DNA of 64,000 bases from an uncultured candidate division Zixibacteria bacterium (GCA_963735035.1 CAVTJJ010000004.1:768001-832000), one strand, 5' to 3'; positions 17,954-31,205 are shown, counted from the stretch's first letter. Translations and numbers: made by a program. Notes: generated by a model not told the origin, from the letters alone.

Positions 17954-18922
17954 ATGATTAGACCAAGACAGTTCATCGTCCTGCTCTTAGTTCTCTTATC
18001 CGGACTGTTTATCAGTGCAGGGAGTACCCAGGCGGCCAAATATGCCGGTGAGTCGTTCACGCTTGGGGTTGGCGGACGGGGATTGGCGCTCGGCGGAGCA
18101 GTCGTAGCTGGTCCGTTCGATGCCACCTCGGCGTACTGGAATCCAGCCGGCATGAGTCTCTTGAATTCGCGGTACTTCACTGCGATGCACGCCGAGACTT
18201 TCGGCTCGCTTCTCAATCATGATTTTCTCGGATATGTCGATGCTCGTCGGGTCGGCAGCGGCCGGAAGGGATTGTTCGACGCCTTTGGTTTCTACATATA
18301 CTATCTGGGTGGGGGCGGGATCAAGATCACTGATCTCGATCAGGACAGCCGTCCCTATGTGGTCCGCGAGGAATCCCACGGCGACTGGCTCTTTGCGGCG
18401 GCGGTGTCGCGCACGATTTTCGACAAAGTCAAGATCGGTGTCACGGGCAAAATCATCTACCGTAATTTGGGAGTTGAATCGGGTTGGGGCCTGAGCGCCG
18501 ACGCCGGTCTGGTCTGGCAACCTCGCGAGTTCGCCAGTTTCGGTCTGACCGTGACCGACATCACGACCGGATTCATTAAGTACGCCGGTTCCACCGAGTC
18601 GATCTATCCGACTGTCAAGCCGGGATTGACGCTGATGCATCAGTACGGCGACTTCACCGGACGATTGATGGGCTCGGGGGATATCAAGTTTGAGAACATC
18701 AAGACGGCGGCACAGTACTGGAGCGGACCGATTTCACTCGACACGCATTTCGGCGGTGAGTTGGGGTGGAAGGACATGTTGTTTGGTCGGGTCGGGTTTG
18801 ATATCGGACGCTTCACGACTGGTGTTGGTGTAGTCTGGCGGAAGATATCATTCGATTTCGCTTATCTGAACAGCGATGTCTTTGACCAGACGTTGCGTTT
18901 CAGCGCCGGGTATCAGTTCTAA
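17954..18922 (+). CDS. PorV/UPF0164-like outer-membrane beta-barrel protein
   Basis: LGVGGRGLALGGAVVA...SAYWNPAG N-terminal motif and C-terminal GYQF. Confidence 0.8.
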   Translation: MIRPRQFIVLLLVLLSGLFISAGSTQAAKYAGESFTLGVGGRGLALGGAVVAGPFDATSAYWNPAGMSLLNSRYFTAMHAETFGSLLNHDFLGYVDARRVGSGRKGLFDAFGFYIYYLGGGGIKITDLDQDSRPYVVREESHGDWLFAAAVSRTIFDKVKIGVTGKIIYRNLGVESGWGLSADAGLVWQPREFASFGLTVTDITTGFIKYAGSTESIYPTVKPGLTLMHQYGDFTGRLMGSGDIKFENIKTAAQYWSGPISLDTHFGGELGWKDMLFGRVGFDIGRFTTGVGVVWRKISFDFAYLNSDVFDQTLRFSAGYQF

Positions 18923-18946
18923 CATCATGACATCGTAGATGGGGAT

Positions 18947-19022
18947 GGTACCCCACAGCTTGCTGTGGGGAGGATGGCAAATAAGGGGCGGCTTGTAGGG
19001 CGGGTCCGCTTCGAACCCGCCA
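18947..19022. repeat. REP-like palindrome cluster (families A and B)
   Basis: GGTACCCCACAGCTTGCTGTGGGG (18947-70) and GTAGGGCGGGTCCGCTTCGAACCCGCCA (18995-19022). Confidence 0.75.
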
Positions 19023-19291
19023 ATGCGTGGTGTTGGGCGTCTCTACCTGACAGCCATATCGTGATTGACACCGACTAATCGCGAAGATCATGTTCCATTA
19101 TGCAATACGAATGGGTGTGGCGATATCGCAACACGAGTGAATCGACACGCAAGCATTGAGCTACTATATCGGGCAGAACGAAAGTGAGGGGAATCAGTCT
19201 TTACTGACACAATTTCATTTCTGTTTTGACTTGCTTATGAATCTGGCAATAGCGTGACTTGTGTGAATATTAGCCGAGGCTATTACAAGCA

Positions 19292-20080
19292 ATGGAGTTA
19301 ATTGTGGATGAATCGCGCCGCCGATGGAGTCGCGAGGAGCTAATTGTTGCTTTCAATTTCTACTGCCGTACTCCATTCGGTAAACTACATAGCACAAATC
19401 CCGCTATTATTGCTATTGCCCGGACGCTAAATCGAACACCGAGCGCGGTTGCGATGAAACTCGTGAACTTTGCTAGTCTTGATCCAATGCACCAGGAGCG
19501 TCAAGTCAGAGGGTTGCAGAATGCTAGCAAGGTTGATCGTGCTATTTGGGAAGAATTTCACTCAGACTGGGAGCGGCTGACCTTCGAGAGTGAAGAAGCA
19601 TTGGGACGGTTGGGCACGCACGATGTTGCGTCCGCAGACTTGCCGTCGTTTACCGCGAGTCCGTCGTTAGAGACTGAAAGGATCGGTGAAACTCGTGTCC
19701 GCCTTGTGCAATCCTTCTTCCGTGCGGCGGTACTTGCATCGTACAAATGCACATGTGCGGTTTGCCGTCTGGATATTGAGGAAGTTCTCATAGCAAGCCA
19801 CATCATACCTTGGGCTGCCGACACCAAGCGAAGGGCTGATCCCACGAACGGCATTTCGCTTTGTGCGTTGCATGATCGGGCGTTTGACAGGGGTCTGTTC
19901 ACAATAGATGACTCTTTCAAGATACGCATAGCGAGTCGTGTAAAGAAACAGACGGCATCAAAAGTCCAGGCACTCGCATTGGTCGAAATTGATGGAGAGT
20001 TCATCGACTTGCCGGAAAGGTTTGCCCCTGACAAGGAAGCGCTTGCTTTTCACCGGTCAAACATCTTTCGGAGTGAGTAA
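19292..20080 (+). CDS. HNH endonuclease (putative restriction/defence nuclease)
   Basis: WSREEL N-domain; RLVQSFFRAAVLASY..CAVC..ASHIIPW..NGISLCALHDRAFDRG. Confidence 0.92.
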   Translation: MELIVDESRRRWSREELIVAFNFYCRTPFGKLHSTNPAIIAIARTLNRTPSAVAMKLVNFASLDPMHQERQVRGLQNASKVDRAIWEEFHSDWERLTFESEEALGRLGTHDVASADLPSFTASPSLETERIGETRVRLVQSFFRAAVLASYKCTCAVCRLDIEEVLIASHIIPWAADTKRRADPTNGISLCALHDRAFDRGLFTIDDSFKIRIASRVKKQTASKVQALALVEIDGEFIDLPERFAPDKEALAFHRSNIFRSE

Positions 20081-20148
20081 ATTACCAGCCCGGTTGCCCC
20101 ACGCGTCTGGGGATGATGATCACAAAGGGCTTATTGGAAAACATGACC

Positions 20149-20315
20149 AACCCACAGCAAGCTGTGGGGTACCCAGATTCTCTTGGCAGGTTCGAAGACG
20201 GACCTGCCCTACAGTACGGCTCAATCGCTCAATCCCCACCATAAATGGTGGGCCACCCCACCCGCAAGCGGATGGGCCACCCTGCAGGGGCAGACCAGGA
20301 GGTCTGCCGCCCACA
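20149..20315. repeat. REP-like palindrome cluster (inverted A and B plus others)
   Basis: AACCCACAGCAAGCTGTGGGGTACCC (20149), TGGCAGGTTCGAAGACGGACCTGCCCTAC (20184-20212) and further GGGCCACC/GGCAGACC palindromes. Confidence 0.75.
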
Positions 20316-20325
20316 ATATCCAACG

Positions 20326-21009
20326 TTATTTCGTCTTGGCCGCCGTCGTGTCGGCTCCAACTATATCTCTAATCGAGACACCGTCGGCGAGACGTTTCGC
20401 CGAGGCAGTTGCGGTCGGAAGATGCGCCGAGACTACGAACATCCCGCGAAGATCACCTACTTTGTAGCCCATCGCTTTGTCGTACGGGTACTCGATCTTG
20501 ATCTGTTTCCAGAGGTCCGGGTCGGAGGCCTCAATATCGCCGTGGCACTGAAGGCACATTTCTTTCACGGTAATCTTCTGATAGTAGCTGAACACCCGCG
20601 CCGAGTCCGGGCCCGACCAGCGGGTCTGAGACTCCGCCGGGCTCGCCGGGTCAGCGAATTTGGCCAGGATTGCCCGATCGGTGCTGTCGGGGCGGTCGGC
20701 TATGTTGCGCCATTTTTCACTCACCCGTTTGACCGTCCAGCCCGCTCCCGAATTGGTAGCGGCCATCTTCTGGGCCTTGACTTGACAAACGCCAAGTGCG
20801 TAAGCCGGGCCGTTCTCGTCCATCGCGGCCTGCAGGGTGGACATCAGCTCCCCACCAAACTGGCCGGTAAGGTTGCGGGCGGCGGCGGTGAATAGGCTAT
20901 CGTCGGCCGAGACGGCTTGCTTCGGTGCCTGTTTCGGCGAACCGGCCTCTTGAGAGCCACAATTGATTGCCATCACGGACAAGAAAAGTAGAAGAATCAG
21001 TGTTTTCAT
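20326..21009 (-). CDS. DUF3365 (Tll0287-like) c-type cytochrome lipoprotein
   Basis: Signal with Cys, ALGVC, KRVSEKWRN, CLQCH, GYKVGDLRGMF. Confidence 0.88.
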   Translation of the reverse strand: MKTLILLLFLSVMAINCGSQEAGSPKQAPKQAVSADDSLFTAAARNLTGQFGGELMSTLQAAMDENGPAYALGVCQVKAQKMAATNSGAGWTVKRVSEKWRNIADRPDSTDRAILAKFADPASPAESQTRWSGPDSARVFSYYQKITVKEMCLQCHGDIEASDPDLWKQIKIEYPYDKAMGYKVGDLRGMFVVSAHLPTATASAKRLADGVSIRDIVGADTTAAKTK

Positions 21010-21122
21010 ATTCGTCTCCGAGTTTTGAACATATCTATATTGGGTTGAGGCTCTCCGGGCAAGTTCAAACCGCAATTTGCGCTTGCCGAAGCCCCTTTGT
21101 GAAAGTAGGCACTTAATTAGAG

Positions 21123-21150
21123 TTGACAAGCTAGGCTCTGCCGATATATT
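21123..21150 (+). promoter_or_regulatory. Sigma-70 promoter of atp operon
   Basis: TTGACA-N16-TATATT, 34 bp before the first atp gene. Confidence 0.6.
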
Positions 21151-21183
21151 TGCGCGTTCGGCAGACGCCCCATAGGGTTAGTT

Positions 21184-21441
21184 ATGCCCCAAAAGAGTTC
21201 GACGCCACCCAAAAAGGCCGGCCGGTATGGTTCTGCCTCTTTATATATGGCCGTTCCGACACTCCTGGCGGCGTCGATCCTGGTAGGGTTTTTTCTGGGA
21301 CGCTGGGCCGACAAGAAGTTCGGCACCGAGCCATACTTGATGATTGTAGGTTTGGTTCTGGGCATGGCCGCGGCCGGACGGGAAATGTACCGCCTTATAA
21401 AAAAGGCGGAGGCACTAGACAAAGAAGAGAACGACGACTAA
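21184..21441 (+). CDS. AtpZ/AtpI family protein
   Basis: GFFLGRWADKKFGTEP..IVGLVLGMAA; first gene of operon. Confidence 0.85.
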   Translation: MPQKSSTPPKKAGRYGSASLYMAVPTLLAASILVGFFLGRWADKKFGTEPYLMIVGLVLGMAAAGREMYRLIKKAEALDKEENDD

Positions 21442-21846
21442 GTGGGACTAGAATTCATAGATCGCACACTTCGAACCACGGGCATAGTCCTGCTTATATT
21501 CCTCCCGTTCGGAGTCTACTATTTTGGCGTCTATCCGGCGCTGGCGATTTTCTCCGGTGGCGTCTGGGGGATGGTCAACCTGATATTCACCTCAGCCCTG
21601 ATTCGTGCAACCATCAAGCCAGGCAAGGTCGACAAGATAAAGATCGCGGGCATTGCCGTTTTCAAATTCCCGCTGCTCTATCTGTCCGGATACGCGCTGG
21701 CCAAAGTGCCACAATTCCAACCACTACACCTGCTCTACGGCTTCTCAAGTATACTGGCGATTATTATCCTCAAGGCGATCGGAATGGCTATGTGGAAAGC
21801 CGGTGACGAAACGGAATCGGCCAAGAAAGCCCAGGGAGTGGCATGA
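21442..21846 (+). CDS. atpI: ATP synthase protein I
   Basis: Four-TM protein directly upstream of atpB. Confidence 0.75.
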   Translation: MGLEFIDRTLRTTGIVLLIFLPFGVYYFGVYPALAIFSGGVWGMVNLIFTSALIRATIKPGKVDKIKIAGIAVFKFPLLYLSGYALAKVPQFQPLHLLYGFSSILAIIILKAIGMAMWKAGDETESAKKAQGVA

Positions 21847-22706
21847 CGCTCTTCATTCTTCAGAAACTGTTTCTGATTGCGCCATCCTGGGTCGGATCGT
21901 TTTTGCTGGTCGCCACCGAAACCGTCGAGCACGGTGATACGGCCGCTCATGCCGCCGCCGCCGAACATAGTGGACCGCCGAAACTCCCCAGTCTGGTTGA
22001 GCTGCTCTTCGGACGAGAAAGTGTCGCCGAGCACTGGGTGAACGTGATCTATGCTTTCGCGGTCGGCACCATTCTTTCTCTAATCGCGTTGAGAGTCTAC
22101 GCCAAGCGGCAGATGATCCCCGGCAAGTTTCAGAACGCGGTTGAGATGTGCGTCGAGGGAATGTACAATTTCATCGAGTCGATTCTCGGCAAGGATGCCA
22201 AGAAGTATGTGCCGTATCTCGGTTCATTGTTCTTCTATATTTTGCTGATGAACTGGATCGGCATGATTCCGTTGGGACATTCGCCGTCAACTAGTCTGAA
22301 CATTACGGCCTCACTGGCTCTTCTGACTTTCCTTTATGTCCAATGGACGGGTATCTCGAGACTGGGGTTGGGTGGGTATTTGCATCATCTGGCGGGTAGC
22401 CCGCAAGATGTGATAGGCTGGTGTATGGTGCCGCTGTTGTTCCCGCTTCACATAATCGGAGAGCTGGCCAAACCGTTCTCACTGGCGCTTCGTCTTTTTG
22501 GAAACATCACCGGTGAAGATACGCTCGTGGCTGTGTTTGTCGGGTTGGGTATAGCCCTGCTGGCTTTCTCGCCCGTAGGTGTACCGCTGCAACTGCCGTT
22601 CTATTTTCTGGGATTGTTGCTGTCGACTATCCAGGCGCTCGTGTTCACCCTGTTGTCGACCATTTACATATTGCTGATGTTGCCGCATGAGGAACATGCG
22701 CATTAG
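21843..22706 (+). CDS. atpB: ATP synthase Fo subunit a
   Basis: PFSLALRLFGNI, IQALVFTLLS. Confidence 0.97.
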   Translation: MTLFILQKLFLIAPSWVGSFLLVATETVEHGDTAAHAAAAEHSGPPKLPSLVELLFGRESVAEHWVNVIYAFAVGTILSLIALRVYAKRQMIPGKFQNAVEMCVEGMYNFIESILGKDAKKYVPYLGSLFFYILLMNWIGMIPLGHSPSTSLNITASLALLTFLYVQWTGISRLGLGGYLHHLAGSPQDVIGWCMVPLLFPLHIIGELAKPFSLALRLFGNITGEDTLVAVFVGLGIALLAFSPVGVPLQLPFYFLGLLLSTIQALVFTLLSTIYILLMLPHEEHAH

Positions 22707-22760
22707 ATATAGAGATAACGAAGTGAATAATATAGAGTAAGACTTCCTAAGGAGGATGTG

Positions 22761-22997
22761 ATGGATTATCAAGCAATGTTGGGACTGTCGGCTCCGCTCG
22801 CCGTTGGGCTCGCGGCTATCGGCTCAGGTCTCGGTATCGGCAAAGCGGTTGGTTCGGCGATGGAAGCTATTGGTCGTCAGCCCGAAGCGGCCGGCAAGAT
22901 TCAGACCGCTATGATTATCGGCGCGGCCTTTATCGAGGCGCTGACCATCTACGTGTTTATCGTTTACATTCTGGCGAGCGGCAAGATCGGCGGCTGA
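22761..22997 (+). CDS. atpE: ATP synthase Fo subunit c
   Basis: GSGLGIG, RQPEA, IEALTIY. Confidence 0.97.
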   Translation: MDYQAMLGLSAPLAVGLAAIGSGLGIGKAVGSAMEAIGRQPEAAGKIQTAMIIGAAFIEALTIYVFIVYILASGKIGG

Positions 22998-23055
22998 TGG
23001 CGGGACGCGGTTGAAACCGTGCCCTCTCAACGCTGACCCCTAAACAGGTAGTGCT

Positions 23056-23547
23056 ATGAATTTTGAAATACAGCAAATCCTCACGCATGCGCTGGGGTTC
23101 CTGATTTTCGTCTGGATCCTCAGGCGCTTCGCCTGGGGACCGCTGCTCGCCCTGATGGAAGAACGCCGCAACAAAATCGCCGGTGAGTTCCAGGAGATCG
23201 ATCGTCAGAAGGCCGAAGTCGCCAAAGTGACTTCCGAGTATGAGGCCAAGCTGAAAGAGATCGACAACGAACGCCGGGCGAAAATTGTCGAGGCGGTCAA
23301 GGAAGGGAAAGAAGTGGCGGCGGAGATCAAGAGCCACGCCATGGACGAAGCGCGCGCGCTTCAAGAGAAGGCGAAAGCCGACCTCCAGCGCGATGTCGCC
23401 CAGGCCAAGGTGCAGCTCCGCGATGAAATGATCTCCATGACCATGACGGCGGCCGAGAAAGTCGTCCGCGAGAAGATGGACGATCCCAAACAGCGCGACC
23501 TGATCGGGCGCTATATTGACGAACTCGGGAAGGCCGAGGCCAGATGA
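23056..23547 (+). CDS. atpF: ATP synthase Fo subunit b
   Basis: N-terminal TM, AWGPLLALMEERR, coiled coil. Confidence 0.95.
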   Translation: MNFEIQQILTHALGFLIFVWILRRFAWGPLLALMEERRNKIAGEFQEIDRQKAEVAKVTSEYEAKLKEIDNERRAKIVEAVKEGKEVAAEIKSHAMDEARALQEKAKADLQRDVAQAKVQLRDEMISMTMTAAEKVVREKMDDPKQRDLIGRYIDELGKAEAR

Positions 23548-24092
23548 TTTCCCAGCAAGTCGCCAAGAGATATGCGACGGCACTCTTTTTGTCGGTCGGG
23601 CATCGCGGCCTGATCGATGAAGCTTATGTCCAGTTCGGCGAACTTCAGGCGACACTCAAGCATGACGCATCGCTGATAAAATTCCTCGGTTCGCCGCGAA
23701 TTGAGGAGGAGCAGAAGCTGCAGTTGCTTCAGACGGTATTCGGCGCGCGCATGAACCGGCTCCTGCTCGAATTCCTGGGCGTGCTGGTGCGCAAACGTCG
23801 GGCGATGTACCTGGTCAACGTGATAGAAGAGTTCGGCCACCTGGTGGAAGTTTACCAGGGAGTGGCCCGCGTCACCGTCACGGCGGCGGTGTCGCTATCG
23901 GGTGACGAAGAGAAGCGGTTGATGACTACACTTACCGCGAAGACCGGCAAGAAAATCCAACTGGATAAGAAGATCGATCCAAGCCTGATCGGCGGTATGA
24001 TTGTGAAGATCGACGATGAAATCATCGACGGTTCCGTACAACACGGTCTGAATCAGCTGGAAGAACAGCTTAACCACATCAAAGTCTATTAA
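23544..24092 (+). CDS. atpH: ATP synthase F1 subunit delta
   Basis: VAKRYATALF, IDPSLIGGM..IIDGSV. Confidence 0.95.
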   Translation: MISQQVAKRYATALFLSVGHRGLIDEAYVQFGELQATLKHDASLIKFLGSPRIEEEQKLQLLQTVFGARMNRLLLEFLGVLVRKRRAMYLVNVIEEFGHLVEVYQGVARVTVTAAVSLSGDEEKRLMTTLTAKTGKKIQLDKKIDPSLIGGMIVKIDDEIIDGSVQHGLNQLEEQLNHIKVY

Positions 24093-24145
24093 GCGATGAC
24101 TTTGAGACAGCAAGACGTGATTAGAAGTCACACAGGAGTTGAGTA

Positions 24146-25654
<1,509 letters not shown>

Positions 25655-25683
25655 CGATCTTTGCTCTTTGTAGAAGAATAGTA

Positions 25684-26403
25684 ATGAGACTCCTGATCGT
25701 ATTCAGTTTCGTAACGCTGTTGCTGGCACCAACGGTGTCGGCCCAATCGCCGGTCGAATTCGGCGTGAAGGCCGGTGTTGCGCTGGCCAACCTCAGCGGC
25801 CAGGGCTGGAACGATCTTGCGTTTTGGCAGGGCATGCCCTACGCTCACAGTCTCAGGCCGAGTATCTGCCTGGGTGCGTTCTTTGAGTTTCCGCTCGGAA
25901 TGAATAATGTGAGTTTGCAGCCCGAAATTCTCTACGTCCGAAAGGGCGCCAACGGCACCGTTACCACGGACAATAACATTCTCAATATGAGAATCAAGAA
26001 TGACTATATCGAAGTGCCGGTTCTGATCAAGTATCAGATCATTCGGCGTGGCGGCAGAGTACATACTGTGTTTGCAGGTCCGGTCGGCGCTTACAACATA
26101 AGATCTAGAATTGAATACGATGACGTCCCGCCGGAATTGGGTGATGCTCTAAGCAGCGGCAGTATCGAAAACGTTCATGGTCTTGATCTTGGATTGACAT
26201 TCGGAGGGGGCATCGGCCTCGCTGCCGGGACCGACAACCGCATCACGTTCGATGTGCGCTACACAATGGGGTTGAACCATGTGTACGAGAACGTAGATGC
26301 AGCTACGATTGACGATACGAAGCAGTATATGGCCGGTGACGATGGCTCGGCGATGCGGTTCAAGAATTACGACATCAGATTGATGGCGGGATATCAGTTT
26401 TGA
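25684..26403 (+). CDS. Outer-membrane beta-barrel (porin family) protein
   Basis: Signal peptide, FGVKAGV, LQPEILY, YIEVPVLIKY, DVRY..GL, C-terminal GYQF. Confidence 0.85.
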   Translation: MRLLIVFSFVTLLLAPTVSAQSPVEFGVKAGVALANLSGQGWNDLAFWQGMPYAHSLRPSICLGAFFEFPLGMNNVSLQPEILYVRKGANGTVTTDNNILNMRIKNDYIEVPVLIKYQIIRRGGRVHTVFAGPVGAYNIRSRIEYDDVPPELGDALSSGSIENVHGLDLGLTFGGGIGLAAGTDNRITFDVRYTMGLNHVYENVDAATIDDTKQYMAGDDGSAMRFKNYDIRLMAGYQF

Positions 26404-26435
26404 CAGTTGTTTGCAAACGGGCATGACAGGTAACG

Positions 26436-27299
26436 ATGGCGACACTGCGTGAAGTAAAAAAGAGAATACGGACGGTAATCTCGACCCGTCGCATCACCAA
26501 AGCGATGGAGATGGTTGCGGCGGCCAAGTTGCGCCGGGCGCAGCAGCGGGTCGAACAAGCCAAGCCGTATGCGGCCAAGCTCGACGAAATGCTCAGCCAT
26601 CTGGCGGCCGGATCATCGACCGAGATCGCTCACCCGTATTTCGAGGAACGACCGGTAAAGAACCGCACTTTGGTGGTTGTGGTCTCCGATCGCGGTCTGT
26701 GCGGATCGTTCAATTCCAACGTCCTGCGCCTGACCGACAAATGGATCCGCGAACATCAGGATACGGGGCTTGAGCTGGTGCTGGTCGGCAAGCGGGGGCG
26801 CGATTACTACAAACGACGCAAAGGCAATATTGTCCAATACTACGGCGACTGGGGCGGTGTAATTGATTACGCTCGCGGCCGCGAAATAGCTTCGTGGCTG
26901 ACCAACCGATTTGTCACCGGCCAGACCGATGAAATCAACATCGCTTACTCCCGGTTCATCTCGATGGTGAAATATCGCATCGGGGTAGAGAAATATCTCC
27001 CGGTGCCGAGGCCGGAACATGGCGGCGAAGAAGCCGCCAGTGCGTACATCTTCGAACCGAACTCGGAACGCATCTACGCCCAATTGATGCCCAGCTATGC
27101 CAACACCAAGCTTATCACGGCGTTGCTGGATTCGTTCGCGTCGGAACACGGCAGCCGGATGATGGCTATGGGCAACGCCAACAAGAACGCCGGCGAGATG
27201 GTGAACAATCTGACTTTGGAATTCAATAAGGCGCGTCAGGCGCAGATTACCAAGGAGCTGCTCGAAGTGGTGAGTGGCGCCGAGGCGCTCGCGGGCTGA
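26436..27299 (+). CDS. atpG: ATP synthase F1 subunit gamma
   Basis: ITKAMEMVAAAK, DRGLCGSFN, ARQAQITKEL. Confidence 0.98.
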   Translation: MATLREVKKRIRTVISTRRITKAMEMVAAAKLRRAQQRVEQAKPYAAKLDEMLSHLAAGSSTEIAHPYFEERPVKNRTLVVVVSDRGLCGSFNSNVLRLTDKWIREHQDTGLELVLVGKRGRDYYKRRKGNIVQYYGDWGGVIDYARGREIASWLTNRFVTGQTDEINIAYSRFISMVKYRIGVEKYLPVPRPEHGGEEAASAYIFEPNSERIYAQLMPSYANTKLITALLDSFASEHGSRMMAMGNANKNAGEMVNNLTLEFNKARQAQITKELLEVVSGAEALAG

Positions 27300-27352
27300 T
27301 CTCCCGATCGGGCGATGTGATAATGTGAGTGCTCAGAAATACTGGAGTTTGA

Positions 27353-28762
<1,410 letters not shown>

Positions 28763-28767
28763 CGACG

Positions 28768-29178
28768 ATGTTCCGACTCAGCATAGTCACACCTGAGAAG
28801 GTCTATTTTGAGGCCGACGTCATTTCGCTGGTCGTTCCCGGTACGGAAGGGTATCTCGGTGTGTTGTCGAACCACGCCCCGCTGATTACGGCGCTGCAGC
28901 CGGGCAAGATCGAGTACCACGACGCCGAGGACAAAGTCCGATATCTCGCTGTCACGGGCGGTTTTCTTGAAGTCTCAGGCAATAAGGCGACTATTCTGGC
29001 CGATGCAGTTGAGGAGACTGGCGAGATTGATCTGGAGCGAGCCATCGCCGCCCGCGACCGGGCCTGGGAGTTACTCAAAGCGTCGGGAAGTGGGGATCAT
29101 TCCATAGACGTACCCCGCGCCCGGGCAGCTTTGGAGCGGGCCCAGAACCGGATCAGAATTCACAAGGAAACGCACTGA
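28768..29178 (+). CDS. atpC: ATP synthase F1 subunit epsilon
   Basis: IVTPE, GYLGVLSNHAP, GGFLEV. Confidence 0.97.
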   Translation: MFRLSIVTPEKVYFEADVISLVVPGTEGYLGVLSNHAPLITALQPGKIEYHDAEDKVRYLAVTGGFLEVSGNKATILADAVEETGEIDLERAIAARDRAWELLKASGSGDHSIDVPRARAALERAQNRIRIHKETH

Positions 29179-29340
29179 GGAATGGCCGGCAGGCCTCGAA
29201 AAAGTTGAGTCGGGACAAGATTAGTTTTCAGGCGGTCGAAATCTTTACCGGTTTTGACCGCTATCTTTTTGCGCCCGATGGAGTTGAGGGTAGGTTTTGT
29301 CCCTTGACTTTGGTGGGGGAATTCCTTACTATCCAAGGCT

Positions 29341-29856
29341 ATGATATTGGACCTGCGGGTGTTCGATGAGTACCCTGCGGAAGCCACGATATTTGCCGAT
29401 CCGACTGAACTTGGCCGCTTTGACGAATGTCTGTTGCAGATCAAGGCTGCATCAGTCGAGTTGGCGATTCAGAAATCCGCGGATGAGTACTATTGCCAGG
29501 GCCAGGTAAAGGTCCGGGCCGTGATGGAGTGTGCCCGCTGTCTGGGTGAATTCGAGACTGAGTTGTCGGGTGACATCAGTTTCGTGCTCTGTGCCGAACA
29601 GGATGCCAAGGCACACGGCGGGTCCGATGAGGAAGAGTACGTTTTTTTTGAGGGGAACGATCTCAGGGCCGACATTGTTGTCCCGGTGCGTCAGGCGCTG
29701 GTCTTGTCGATGCCCATGAAACCGCTTTGCTCAGAGGGCTGTCGCGGAATTTGTCCGACGTGCGGCGCCAATCTGAACGAGCGGACTTGTGACTGCAAAA
29801 TTGAAACACCTGATCCGAGGTGGGACAGCCTGAAGAAGCTGTTCCCGGATCAATAA
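29341..29856 (+). CDS. yceD: DUF177/YceD family protein
   Basis: CARCL, LCSEGCRGICPTCG, DPRWDSL; upstream of rpmF. Confidence 0.92.
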   Translation: MILDLRVFDEYPAEATIFADPTELGRFDECLLQIKAASVELAIQKSADEYYCQGQVKVRAVMECARCLGEFETELSGDISFVLCAEQDAKAHGGSDEEEYVFFEGNDLRADIVVPVRQALVLSMPMKPLCSEGCRGICPTCGANLNERTCDCKIETPDPRWDSLKKLFPDQ

Positions 29857-29877
29857 AGCTGAAACGAGGCAAGCAAG

Positions 29878-30066
29878 ATGCCACTACCAAAACGAAGACA
29901 TTCCCGAACCCGGGGACGCAAGCGCCGCACCAGTTGGAAGCTGTACGCCCCGAACGTCATCAAATGCGGAAACCCCGGCTGTGGCAAAGCCCGGTTACCA
30001 CACCACATCTGCCCGCACTGCGGATTTTACGACGGCCGGCAGGTGATTGAGGTGAAGGAAATCTAA
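29878..30066 (+). CDS. rpmF: 50S ribosomal protein L32 (Cys-containing form)
   Basis: MPLPKRRHSRTR...C..PHHICPHCGFY. Confidence 0.97.
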   Translation: MPLPKRRHSRTRGRKRRTSWKLYAPNVIKCGNPGCGKARLPHHICPHCGFYDGRQVIEVKEI

Positions 30067-30107
30067 GGACAGACTTGACTCCGCCCGTGGGCGGAAATCA
30101 GGGAACG

Positions 30108-31205
30108 ATGACCGAAGACTTGCTACAGACGACAGTAGTCCTGGACGTCATGGGCGCCGACCATGGCCCCGAACCTATCATTCGGGGTGGACTGGTCGCG
30201 GCGCGTAATATTGGCGATTCGCTGCGTTTGATTCTGGTAGGCCAGAAGGAGCGAATCGAGGCGGTTCTTTCTCAGGTTAAAGATCGCCCGACCAACGTCA
30301 CGGTGGAACATGCGTCGGCCGAAGTATTGATGTCGATGTCGGCTACCGACGGTGTCAAGGTCAAGGACTCGTCGATCGCAGTCGGACTCAAGAAGGTTCG
30401 CGCGAAGGAAGCGGATGCTTTCGTATCGCCCGGCCACACCGGCGCAGTCATGGCCGGCTCGCTGCTTACGCTCGGTCGTATTCCGGGTGTCCACCGTCCC
30501 GCGCTCGTGGGCACTTTCCCTACCAGCACCGGTCGTCCCTGCGTCGTGCTCGATGTCGGCGCCAATGTCGACTGCAAGCCGCAGCATCTCTCACAGTTCG
30601 CCGTCATGGGATCGGTCTATGCCCGCATTGTGTTCAACGCGGAAAATCCGAAAGTCGGCCTGATATCGATCGGAGAGGAACGCAGCAAAGGGAACGCGGT
30701 TATCTTTGCGGCCGATAAAGTTCTTCGCGAGTCGAATATCAATTTTGTCGGCAATGTCGAAGGTCGTGACATTCTATCGGGCGTGGTGGATGTCGGCGTG
30801 ACCGACGGTTTCACCGGCAATATATTGCTCAAGTTCGGCGAATCGGTTCTACCGTTCCTCGTCAAGGCGGTGAACCATCAAGTCTCGACCAACGTCTTCT
30901 CCCGCGTGGGAGTCACTCTATTGCTTCCGTTCCTGCGCCGCATCAAGCGGGCGTTTGATTACGCCCAGGTAGGGGGAGCGCCGCTGCTCGGCGTCAATGG
31001 AGTTGTTATCATCTGCCACGGAGCTTCGAGCGCCGAGGCCATTACGAATGCTGTTCGGGTCGCTCACGACATGGCGCAGAAGCACATCAACGAGTGTATC
31101 CAACGCGATTTGACTACTAATCACTTCGGAAATAAGAATGAGCCACCAGTTGAGAGCCAGGATCTCCGGGACGGGGTCATATGCCCCGCCGGGAGTGATG
31201 ACTAA
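30108..31205 (+). CDS. plsX: Phosphate acyltransferase PlsX
   Basis: LDVMGADHGP, SPGHTGA, LDVGANVD, DGFTGN, GAPLLGV..HG. Confidence 0.96.
   Translation: MTEDLLQTTVVLDVMGADHGPEPIIRGGLVAARNIGDSLRLILVGQKERIEAVLSQVKDRPTNVTVEHASAEVLMSMSATDGVKVKDSSIAVGLKKVRAKEADAFVSPGHTGAVMAGSLLTLGRIPGVHRPALVGTFPTSTGRPCVVLDVGANVDCKPQHLSQFAVMGSVYARIVFNAENPKVGLISIGEERSKGNAVIFAADKVLRESNINFVGNVEGRDILSGVVDVGVTDGFTGNILLKFGESVLPFLVKAVNHQVSTNVFSRVGVTLLLPFLRRIKRAFDYAQVGGAPLLGVNGVVIICHGASSAEAITNAVRVAHDMAQKHINECIQRDLTTNHFGNKNEPPVESQDLRDGVICPAGSDD

Noticed and set aside
22761..22997. Na+-coupled or N-type ATPase
   Set aside because: The c subunit lacks the Q...ES/T sodium motif (has EAL) and the gene order is the standard F-type.
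31138..31205. 68-bp plsX/fabH overlap as a regulatory feature
   Set aside because: The PlsX extension looks non-conserved and is most simply stop-codon drift or an indel.
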